DNA from: Bugula neritina
Lineage: Eukaryota > Animalia > Bryozoa
Assembly: GCA_964035545.1 (NCBI GenBank)
Contig: OZ037766.1
Coordinates: 16,420,722-16,484,721 of the forward strand
Reading direction: 5' to 3'
DNA length: 64,000 nt
The first letter of the stretch is position 1. Every line of letters starts with the position of its first letter. This document shows, one piece after another, positions 32,817 through 43,196 of this stretch. The position numbers and the translations under genes were made by a program. Under the pieces are notes generated by a model, which ran no database searches, was not told where the DNA came from, and was given only the letters and a program-made list of their open reading frames with translations.

Positions 32817-35800
32817 ATGACCAAAAGTAAAAAAATAGAATCTCAGCCAGTGAACTCTGAATCAAAACGACTTGAAGATGGGCAGGCGGATAATAGGGGT
32901 AGCAACATCGATATCAGTAGTAACCATGAGGAAAGATGTGCCACATGCAATGAGACAGATTGCACTCTTCAAGGGAGGAACAACAGGCAAATCAAGGTTC
33001 TCACTAAGTGGATTACCTGTGATCTCTGCAACCAATGGTACCATGGAATATGCCAGGACCTGCAGGCAGCTGATGTATCGTGCATAACTAAGTTGGCAGA
33101 GAAAGGCGTGAGCTGGAAGTGCAGTGACTGCAGAGATAAAACAGAAAACAGCCTACATGGAGAGAGTCTAACACAGCCCATGACTCAAAAAACAACACAG
33201 CAGATTGACAACATAGAGAGGATAATGAAGGTAATTGCTGAACAAAGCCATAAATTAAGTGAGATGGAACAGAAGTGGTCTGATGTCGTCAAGCAAAATC
33301 TTGAGAACATTGACAAGAATAAACAGATTGCGGCGGATGCAAAAACATTGATAGAAAAGAGTCACCAACTGAGGGAAGAAGAGAGTAGGAAGAGCAACGC
33401 TATCGTTACCGGGGTCACTGAGAAAGATGGTAAAACAGCAATGGAGCAGGTACAAGAACTAATGAGAATGGAATGTTTTATCAAAACCAACTCACCAACT
33501 CAGGCTTTTAGGCTAGGAAAAAAACAGAAAATGATGACTCAAGTGGTAAAAGGATCAACACACCTTCTTGGTAACACGCTGGACTTAATATGCACCAACC
33601 AGCCTAACGTTATATGTGACACTGAGATCATAAGCCCAGGTCTTAGTGATCATTCATTGATCATTGCTCATGTCCAAAGCGCAACCACCGCTACCCTGAG
33701 AAAACCACAAACTTTCAGGCTGTACAAGAAAGCCAATCAAGAAGCATTTCAGGAAGATATGCAAAAAACATCAGAGGCATTAGCAGTTTTGGAGGACCCA
33801 GAGGAAATGTGGAATCTCTTCGCGGAAAACTTACAAAGAAGTATTGGTCAGCACGTCCCAATCAAGCAGCTGAAATCACCCCACCCCTCTGTCCCAGAGT
33901 GGTTCAATAAAAAAGCTATGAAAATCAAAGAAAGATTAAGAAAGGCACATAGGCGATCCAAAGTCAGCTCAAATAGCTTTGATCGTGAACAGTACAAAAA
34001 ATTGAGAAGAGACGGGAAGAAGGAGCTGGAAGTAATACAAAAAACCTTTTACACAAACAGAATATATCGTCCGCTAAAAAGAGGGAACTCAAAGCCTATC
34101 TTCAAACTACTTAAAGCAGACAAAAACAAAAGACAAGAGCTATTGGTACTGAAGGACGATCAAAATATAGTGACGGGAGATCCTGTCCAATGCGCTGAGT
34201 TGTTGAACACTTTTTTCCAGGGTCAGTTCCAGCTGGGCTTTATGGCAGAAGACTACTCAAGGATCGAAACCGATGCCCAAGATTCTATTGATGTTACACC
34301 AGAAGGGGTTGCCAAACTTATCCAAAATTTGCCAAATGGAAAATCGCCAGGACCTGATGGAATTCGAAAGCCTGACATGCTCATAGACTTGGAGGGTACT
34401 GCAAGATGTCTTGCTCTGATCTACAAAAGTTCCTTAGACACAGGTAAACTGCCAAAACAGTGAAAACTTGCAAATGTCACACCAATACATAAAGGCGGGG
34501 ACAGTGAATCTCCAAACAACTTTAGGCCCGTATCCCTGACAAGTATTCCCTGTAAAATGATGGAGCACATCGTGCTTCATCACCTCAATGAAAAGCTTGA
34601 CAGTGTGCTTCACCATCGACAGCATGGTTTTAGGAAAGGACTGTCCTGCCAAACTCAACTGTGTGTTACCTACCATGACCTAGTAAAAGCAGCCGATGAA
34701 GGACATACTACCCATGCAGTAGTTATGGATTTCAAAAAGGCTTTTGACAAGGTACCTCACCTTATGTTACTCCAAAAATTACAAGAGATACCGGGTATAA
34801 ATGGATACCTCCTTAACTAGATACTCGATTTTCTTTCCGACCGACAGCAGTCTGTTGTACTTAGAGGGGCAAGCTCTCAAAAGTGCCGAGTAACCTCAGG
34901 AGTGCCGCAGGGATCTGTGCTAGGCCCAATCCTGTTTTTGTGCTATATAAATGATCTTCCGGATTTGTTGTCATGTAAAGTCAGCCTCTATGCTGATGAC
35001 ACTCTACTTTACCAAACTGTGAACACCACTAAGGATGCAGAACTATTCCAAACTAACATTAACGCTGTATATGAGTGGTCTCTAAAATGGAAAATGCCTT
35101 TCAATGAACAGAAATGCCAAGCAATTAATTTTGGTAAGGTAACCCCTATATCACACTACAAACTCGGTACCACATGCCTTGCGTGGGTACAAAGCACTAA
35201 ATACCTTGGGGTAACCATCCAGTCAAACCTAAAGTTTGATCAACACATAAATAACAAGTGTACCAAGTCCCGGAAAATTCTTGGCGGCATCAAGCATTTG
35301 ATGTATGATGCCCCAAAAGATGCTAAGCTATTGGCTTATACAAGTCTATGTAGGCCTATACTCGATTATGCGGATGTGGTTTGGGATTCTGCGGCTAGGA
35401 GTAAAGTGCATGATATAGAGCTGGTCCAGAACAGTGCCATACGATTTATAAGCAATATGAAGGGACGTGCTGACAGTGTTTCTGAGGCGAGGGATGAGTT
35501 AGGACTCCGGTCGCTAGAAGACAGACGAAAAAATCATCGACTGTGTTTACTGACCCGAATTCTTCAAAATGAGGATCAACACCAATCTCTATCCAGAGCC
35601 TATGACGAAATAATTGAAGGCAGGGAACTTGTAACTGTAACCACTCGAGCGGCTGCCAGAGGAGAGCTTATCTCTATATCATCTAGGAAAAACTTATTCC
35701 ACACTAGTTTTCTACCACGAACAATTCGTGAAATGCGCGGAGAATATAATAACTAATTACAAAACAGCAAATGCTGTAACTAGTGCTAAACCTGGTCCAA

Positions 35801-35887
35801 TGTAAGTTTTCACTAGAGGCTTCCCTATAGACTTTCCAGTTGCTGCGGAAGTCCTACCTCAACTGAGGTAATAAAACTGAGGTAATA
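32817..35887 (+). mobile_element. LINE-A: CR1/L2-group non-LTR retrotransposon, internally deleted and inactivated
   Basis: ORF1 PHD finger (WITCDLCNQWYHGIC...WKCSDC) joined near 33530 to the end of the APE domain (THLLGNTLDL), then RT (QHGFRKG, DFKKAFDKV, GVPQGSVLGP, YADD) in one frame to 35756 with stops at 34461-34463 and 34818-34820; tandem tail AACTGAGGTAATA x2 at 35861-35887. 5' end not defined. Confidence 0.93.
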
Positions 35888-36081
35888 CTATAACTATTAC
35901 TATAGTCAAGTTCAACAATCAAATTCAATATCCATATCAATATGAATATGATTCATTATGATTATAATAATAAATAATATGAATAGTGAATATCGTCAAG
36001 TTCAGCTAATATTAAAATAGAAATGAAGTTTGATCACTTTATTATTATAATTATAAAATAACAGTACTGATACTGTAATAC

Positions 36082-39000
36082 TAACTCACCTCGTAACTCA
36101 CCTCGTAAAAATTAGAACACTCTGCTAACACCTACAGGCGCAAAATTATGAGTGCCTCTTATGTTGTTTTTGTTTGGGTTTACCATGTGTTGAAATGTAT
36201 CTGTTCTAGCATGTAGCTAAGTTTGGATATTTTAATTGTAATGTAAAGTGGTTTTAGCACATAGCTAAGCTGAGTTTGTGTTATGAGGTGGTATCCTCAA
36301 ATCTCTGATGCTTCGAGGGAGAAAACTGTTGTGAAAGGTCTGTGAGGATGCAGAAATTGATGTTGGTTCTCCTCTCTTAGCAGATCGAGTGTTTATTGAC
36401 CGATTTGAATTTAATAGTTCATCATAAGCAGATGAAAGCGTTTCATGGCGCTCTTCATCTGAGAGTATTCTCATTAACAAAGTTATTCTATGGTCTCTTC
36501 GTCGGCTCGCAAGAGTTTTAAGCTGCAATTCAGTTCGAGCGTCACTGATGCCACATCTTCCTTTGAGGTTAGCGATAAACCTGATGGCTTGATTTTGAAC
36601 ATGTTCAATTTCCTCACAGGCACTTTTGTTAGTCGGATCCCACAACGTGTCTGCATACTCAAGGATAGGTCTACATAGACTAAGGTATGCAATTAATTTT
36701 GCCTTCATGGGTGCATTGTAGATTGTATGCTTAATACAGCCAAGTATTTTGCTTGCATTGTTGACTTTAGATGTAATATGTCTGTCAAACTTTAGGTTAG
36801 ACTGCATGATTACTCCAAGATATTTGGCCTCTTTAACGGTTCTAAGAGTGGTGTCACCAAGTGAATATAGATGGGACGTGTCATCATTTTTACCAAATAT
36901 AATCACTTCGCACTTATCGGTATTAAACGGCATTTTCCATTTAAGTGACCAGTTATAAAGTGAGTTTAGGTCTCTCTGAAAAGCTTCCTGTTGTATTTTG
37001 TTGTTAACTTCAGCATATAGAAGTGTGTCGTCAGCATATAGACTAACTTTGCATGAGACAGATTGAGGGAGATCATTGATGTAAATTAGGAAGAGTGTTG
37101 GTCCAAGAACTGATCCTTGGGGGACTCCAGATGTTACACTTAGTTCAGATGATTCTGTCCCTTTGATCACCACTTTTTGACTTCTGTCAGTCAAAAAGCT
37201 CTGTATCCAATTGGCAATAAATGGGTCAATTCCTTTAATTCGCCTGATTTTCTCTATGAGCAGTAAATGAGGAACTTTATCGAAGGCCTTTTTAAAATCT
37301 AGAATTACTGCGTGAGTAGTTGATGAGTTGTCGGCGGCTCTTGCAAAATCATGAAAAGTTGCACACAATTGAGTGTCACATGAAAGGCCACGTCTAAATC
37401 CATGTTGTCTATTAACCAAAATTGAATCTAGTGTTTTATTTAGATAGTGTAATATAATATGTTCTAGCATTTTGCAGGGGATACTTGTCAATGAAATAGG
37501 TCGATAATTGCATGGCTTCTCTTTTTCACCTTTCTTATATATAGGAGTGATGTTGGCAGTCTTCCATGCACCTGGGAGCACACCTTGTTTTAATGAAGCA
37601 GCGAAGATATGCTGAAGACACTCTGCATTGATATTGGGGTTTATTAGTAATTGGCATTTGCGGATCTGGTCTGGGCCGGGAGATTTATTATTTTTAAGGT
37701 CAGCAATAAGTTTTTCAACACCATCTAATGTGATGGGAAATGGTTCCGTTTGAGTTGAAAGAAGTGGGAGTTTTGATATACTTTCTTGGTGGCAGAACTG
37801 TGAGTGAAAGTATTTATTTAGTTCGTTGGTGATTATCTTACTGTCAGTGGTTGGAAGGCCATCCATAAGTGTCATAGTCTCTAAAGGATGCTGTTGATTT
37901 TGTTTGTACCTAAGATGTTTGTAAAAAGGTTTGCTGTTCCCCTTTTCCAAGGGCTTACAAATTTTATATAGCAAATAATTCTTCTTGAGCTTTTTGAGTT
38001 CTTTCTTGTTGTTCCGGCGGTGCTGCTTATATTTATTTAAGTAGTATGGATCTCCAGTTTGTTTGTACTTTCTGTGTGTATTGTGTTGCTTGTCTATCAT
38101 TTTTTTAATATGTTTGTTAAACCAAGGTGGTTGATCTTCATTTCTGACATGTATAGTTTCGAGTGGAACAGAATCAAGTATGGCTTCATCAAGTGATCTT
38201 TTGTAAATATCCCACATTTTATGAACGTCACTTAGGTTTTTAATTTGATGAAGAGCATTAGTCATTTTTTCAGTAAAGACTTGAACGTTTGCCTTCTGAT
38301 AGACAAAGATTTCCTTGGTATTTTTACAATTGTGTTGTTGGTGCATCATTGTTTCTACTTTAAGCTTCAGGGTTATAATATAGTGGTCGCTTAGGCCAGG
38401 GATTACCACATCTGGGGGATCTGTTGTAAGGGTGTTAGAGAGGCATATCAGATCAAGAGTGTTTCCGTGAATGTGTGTAGGTTCTGTAACCATCTGGTAT
38501 AAGTTATGTTCGTAAAGCATATTGAGAAATTGTAGATGGATAGCTTTGTAGGATGAATTGGGTTTAATAGTTTTGGTAACCCAGTCTAGTCCTGGGAGAT
38601 TCATATCACCAAGTAAAATTATGTTGCAGTTGGAATATTTATATTTGATGGAGCTAAGTATGTTACTTATTTGTTTGATATTTGGAGTTGATGTCCTCGG
38701 TCTATAGTAACAACATATAACTAGGTTAGTTGGAATAAGGATAATTACTATTTCTTCATTATAAGTTTCAACGGAAACATTTCTGGCTTTAAGCTTTGCT
38801 TTGATTGCAATCATAACTCCTCCTCCGTGTATGTTTCTGTCATTTCTAAAGAAGTCTAAACCAGGTGTTTCGATTACAGTCTTGCTGGGAATAGATTGAT
38901 CAATATGCGTTTCAGTTAAGCAGATCAAATCATAGTTTTTAGTTAGAGCGGTGATTTCCGCTGTTTTTCCTTTGACTGACCTGGCATTAGCAAGAAAAAG

Positions 39001-40014
39001 ATTTAGATCTGAGATAGTTTTGTTTGTTGGTCTTCCGGTTTCAACTTCTCCCAGTTTCCCGATTCAGCTTTTTTTTTAATGTTGAAATCCCGGATTCGAA
39101 ATTGTATGGTTGGCTGCTCCTCTTTAAGTTTTTTAACCTGTTGGCTAAGAGTGTACTCTTTGTTCCTGGTTTCTTTGTTCATGTCCAGCTTGCAGAATAA
39201 AGAGTCTGCGCGCAAGGCATGATTTACTCGTTTTAAAAATTCCCACTTGGACCTTTCATCTTCAAATCGCAGTTTTATAGGGCGATTTTTGTTTTCAGTC
39301 TTAGGACCAAGCCTAATTGCTTGAACTGGCTTGTTGAAATTCTTAAATAGTTCTTTGGACATTAAATTCATCACATCTTGTATTGCAGTATCTCTTTCAG
39401 TTAGGCCATACAAAATTGCATTGGATTTTCTCGCTTCGTTGTCCTTTTTGTCCATCTCTGATGCCAGTAGTGCTTGGCTGGTTGTGGTCATTTGCAGGGT
39501 TTTTTTTTGTGTTATTCGCAATTTCAGTGTTTTTGCTGGTAATATCAGCCCAGGTTTTTTGGAGGGTACTGACTTCGTCATTGCTGTGTTGATGGTATTT
39601 TTCTAACTTTCTCTCTAGTTTAGAAATTTGTTGATTAATGCTGTGAAGCATTTTCATATGTTGTGTATTGCCACCATCATCTTTTCGAGAGGAACACTCA
39701 TCACAAAACCATCTAACACCTCTGTCCGATAGTCTAGTGATGGAATTCACCTCAGATGGCTGGAGGCCCTGGCATGTTCCATGGTACCATTTTAGGCACG
39801 CATCACAAGATATCCATTTTGAAGCAGCTTTTTGTTGTTTTCCGCCTTTAGTGAGAAGAAAACATTCTTTTTTGGAGCATGATGCACATAACTCATTTAG
39901 GTCTGTATTGTTGTCATCTGTAGTAGATTCCAACTGAGAGCGTTGTAGAGGGGGAAAGTCACCTCCACTATGACCAATTTGGTCTTGAGACTGAGTGAGT
40001 GTGGGGAGTGACAT
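36082..40014 (-). mobile_element. LINE-B: near-intact CR1/L2-group non-LTR retrotransposon (ORF1 40014-39003 with one frameshift; ORF2 frame open 39063-36265)
   Basis: ORF1 PHD finger (WISCDACLKWYHGTC...WFCDEC); an extra A in an A9 run at 39500-39508 splits ORF1; tail (TTACGAGGTGAG)x2 at 36082-36108. The 5' UTR extends an undefined distance beyond 40014. Confidence 0.95.
36265..39063 (-). CDS. LINE-B ORF2: APE endonuclease plus reverse transcriptase, uninterrupted, with no AUG before the endonuclease motifs
   Basis: LFLANARSVKGK, LICLTETH, LLGDMNLP, GLSDH, QHGFRRG, DFKKAFDKV, GVPQGSVLGP, YADD, FHNSFLPRSIRDL. The frame is open from 39063, 135 nt upstream of the TTG start in the ORF track. Confidence 0.93.
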   Translation of the reverse strand: MGKLGEVETGRPTNKTISDLNLFLANARSVKGKTAEITALTKNYDLICLTETHIDQSIPSKTVIETPGLDFFRNDRNIHGGGVMIAIKAKLKARNVSVETYNEEIVIILIPTNLVICCYYRPRTSTPNIKQISNILSSIKYKYSNCNIILLGDMNLPGLDWVTKTIKPNSSYKAIHLQFLNMLYEHNLYQMVTEPTHIHGNTLDLICLSNTLTTDPPDVVIPGLSDHYIITLKLKVETMMHQQHNCKNTKEIFVYQKANVQVFTEKMTNALHQIKNLSDVHKMWDIYKRSLDEAILDSVPLETIHVRNEDQPPWFNKHIKKMIDKQHNTHRKYKQTGDPYYLNKYKQHRRNNKKELKKLKKNYLLYKICKPLEKGNSKPFYKHLRYKQNQQHPLETMTLMDGLPTTDSKIITNELNKYFHSQFCHQESISKLPLLSTQTEPFPITLDGVEKLIADLKNNKSPGPDQIRKCQLLINPNINAECLQHIFAASLKQGVLPGAWKTANITPIYKKGEKEKPCNYRPISLTSIPCKMLEHIILHYLNKTLDSILVNRQHGFRRGLSCDTQLCATFHDFARAADNSSTTHAVILDFKKAFDKVPHLLLIEKIRRIKGIDPFIANWIQSFLTDRSQKVVIKGTESSELSVTSGVPQGSVLGPTLFLIYINDLPQSVSCKVSLYADDTLLYAEVNNKIQQEAFQRDLNSLYNWSLKWKMPFNTDKCEVIIFGKNDDTSHLYSLGDTTLRTVKEAKYLGVIMQSNLKFDRHITSKVNNASKILGCIKHTIYNAPMKAKLIAYLSLCRPILEYADTLWDPTNKSACEEIEHVQNQAIRFIANLKGRCGISDARTELQLKTLASRRRDHRITLLMRILSDEERHETLSSAYDELLNSNRSINTRSAKRGEPTSISASSQTFHNSFLPRSIRDLRIPPHNTNSA

Positions 40015-40534
40015 ACCTATACTTATAATATTTAATTCTAAGTGATACACCAAAACTATCAAGTGTTAAGGCTATCAATGACCAAGCTAGGCACTATCAA
40101 TATCACTATGAGTATGAGTGTATGACTAGAGTACGACTATAATTACAAATTTAAACTTGATGCTAAAATAATACTAGTTGTAGTTAGGCTATGTAGGCGT
40201 AAGCAGAGTGTCTAATTTGAGGTACTTTTATCCTTTAGTCCAAGATGAATTCACACAAATAATTTAATTTAAAGTTCGGTTGTTTAAAATTAAGTAATAG
40301 TAATACTAATAGTAATACTAATAGTAATAATAGTAATAGTATTACTGTAATAGTAATACTAATTCTAATAGTAATAATAATAGTAATAGTCATAGTGATG
40401 GCCAATGACTAATTTCTAGTAGTATTACTAGTAGAATTAGTACTAGTAGCTTAGCCTTAAGCTAGTAGTAGTAGTAGTACTAATACTACTGTAATAGTAC
40501 TAGTACTACGTCTACTAGTACTACTACTAGCTAC

Positions 40535-41075
40535 CAGGGTTGGGGTCAGTTACATGTGAATGTAATTAATTACAATTACATGAACATTTGTCAATTACAA
40601 AGACAATTATAATTACAGTTAAAAAATAATGTAATTAATTACAATTACAAACGCATGGCAATGTAATTAATTACAATTACATGGCAATGTAATTAATTCG
40701 TAATTACATTTACAATTACTTTTGTTCTCACAAGGGATAAATAGAAGTTATACAATCTCACTTCTATAGTCCAACTACCAAAGGCAATTTTAACAGTGAT
40801 GAACCTCCTTTGTTCTCAACAGTGCTAACATACCACATTGACTTAATCTGAACTTGTTATTCAACAGTAGGCATGGTAGGAAAAGTATGAAATTTTTAAT
40901 ATTTTGAAGTTTGAAGTAATTGACATGTAATTATAGAGTAATTGTAAAAATCAATTTCATTAGCTATGTAATTAATTACAATTACAAGTACATTTTTATA
41001 CATCAATTACAAATTACATTCAATTACTTGATAAAATGTAATTAATTACAACCAATTACAATTACCCCAACCCTG
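40535..41075. mobile_element. Non-autonomous hAT-type element (541 bp)
   Basis: 12-bp TIR CAGGGTTGGGGT / ACCCCAACCCTG, perfect 8-bp TSD CTAGCTAC (40527-40534, 41076-41083), dense subterminal AATTAC/GTAATT repeats. Confidence 0.93.
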
Positions 41076-43196
41076 CTAGCTACTACTTCTACTAGTAGTA
41101 ATAGTAATACTAATTGTTTTTAGGCGTTCAAGGTTGAATACCTGAAATAAAAATAACAAATAATATTAAGTCATTTTCACTATTATATAAATAATAATAT
41201 ATTTTTGTATATGACATATTTTATCTGAACTGAAAGTGAAGGTTTACCTTAAATTAATGGCTTAATACTGAGTCAAAGCATTCAGAACTTCAACTTGCCC
41301 AACTTTGAAAAACTTTGCAGTCACTCAAGACTATTAGCTGAGCATCAGTATTAGTCATTTTTTTAGCATAAGCAAGTCTTGAGCCAGGAATTTTTAAGTA
41401 ATGCAGTCCGCAAGTAGCCTGAACGCTACTCTAATAACTGTTACCTACAGTTGTATCATAGCCTATAACTATAAGCTTGCTATTATTTGCCAACATGATG
41501 AAATTTTTTACCCATCAGGCTTTGTAACTGTAAATCTGTGCTATGATATAGTATATGTTTTATATTAAAATATATAAGGAATAATTTATTCTTGTGAAAA
41601 AATACTCCCTAGCATAATACTGTGTTTTCTACAACAATTTTATTAGGTAATGTCCAACAAAAGCAGCACATATATATTAGTAGCTCAATTAAGCTATAAC
41701 ATGTCTAAGCTACCAAAAGCAAATTTATAGAACCTACAACTTAGAGGCAGTTAAGAGAACGTTGGGTGAATTTGTAAATGCAGCTAATGCTTATAACAAT
41801 AATAGTTTCTGATCTAATATGTTTTACGCTCAAATCATTTGAATCACATTTATATACAAATTTTAGATAATTATCTGTAATCATGTATGAAAAACCAAAA
41901 TTTGTTATTAAAAGTATTACAGCAATATATTGAAGATGTGGAAGAGAAAATGAATATAATTTAACATAAGGATGGAGAAAAACGAAATTATTAGGCATTT
42001 AGCAGATTAAAGCCTGTAGGCTAGTGATAAAATATGATCAACATCTGGGAATAGGTAACCTAGAATTGTAGTAATTTATAGTCACACGGCATTTAAAATA
42101 AATAAACGGCAAATAGTTGAATTTATTCAACACATAAAGACTAGTGAGTAGCTTAATGAAGCATCACACTTGTTTGTTGGGAAGATGGTGCGACTTTCTA
42201 AAATCAGGCATCTATTTCTCACTGCGATCTGGCTTGATTCAAAATATCATCCAAGTCCTAAGAGCTTCTGCTAAATAAATACTAGTATATATAACATATG
42301 CTATTTAATTTATATAGAAAATGCTTTGTTAAATGCAGTTCTGTTTTTTTACTGTTGGGAAAACTTCTTAACCAACGAGGAAAAGCTCATCAAGTTTTTC
42401 ATTTTCAAAATTTTTTTCAAGTGCCTGTTCAGTTTTTACCTACATTAAAGAGACAGATTTTAAATTCGTTTTTAGTTTGCTGTGTTTGGCTATCAATTAG
42501 TCCATCACAGAGTGATTAAAACCCATCAAAATATTCATTTGTGCATTTAGCTTTCAAAGTTTGGTTACCAGTACTTCAAGTTTTGATATGAAAATATATT
42601 TTTTAATTCTTCATGGTACATTCATACAGATTATTGTGATAAAAAATTGGTACGTGAAGTTAGTCATGCAGAGTTTTAATTTTGTAGGTCCCACACACTT
42701 ATATTGAGTATGTTATTTGCTTTTAGATTTAAAAAATGTGCATCTAATTGGTGTAAGTAAAAACTTACATATAATATCTTGAAATTATTTTGTTTTGAGG
42801 CTTTATTACACCAATTATCCCTGCAATGTTGAATTCATACTGATTAGTTCCTGCTGCATTAAGTCAACCAGTTACATTTACTATGGTTATATTTAAAGTT
42901 ACCCAAGAAAGTCCAGTACTAGTATGTCTTTCATACATTGCGCAGTTTGAAGACATTTAAAGTAAATCAGGCTTTGTATTATGTCAATTTACTTGAAACA
43001 TTAGATCTGTATAATATAAAGAAGGCTATGGGGTAAAAATATAGAGCTTACAGAGTGTTTAAAAACTAAAAAGTTATTATAAGTCGTCAGTTTCCTACAA
43101 AACTTAAAAGGCTCTCTTACTACATTATCATTTGTCTATTTTGTTAAAATGTTGCAATATCGGTGTTTTTATGTCATCATTAGGCTGCTTTCTTAC

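Noticed and set aside
34461-34463. In-frame TGA in LINE-A as selenocysteine or read-through
   Set aside because: It aligns with a conserved Trp, a second TAG stop follows, and I saw no SECIS-like element.
39500-39508. A_AAA_AAC as a programmed -1 frameshift within LINE-B ORF1
   Set aside because: Continuing ORF1 needs a +1 shift; the -1 frame stops within three codons, so this is a simple homopolymer indel.
36071-40352. TACTGTAATA as a target-site duplication of LINE-B
   Set aside because: The 10-mer recurs several times in low-complexity flanks, so it cannot define the boundary.
40555-41065. Regularly recurring AATTAC units as a CRISPR-like array
   Set aside because: No constant repeat with unique spacers, eukaryotic context, and fully explained as subterminal repeats of a hAT MITE.
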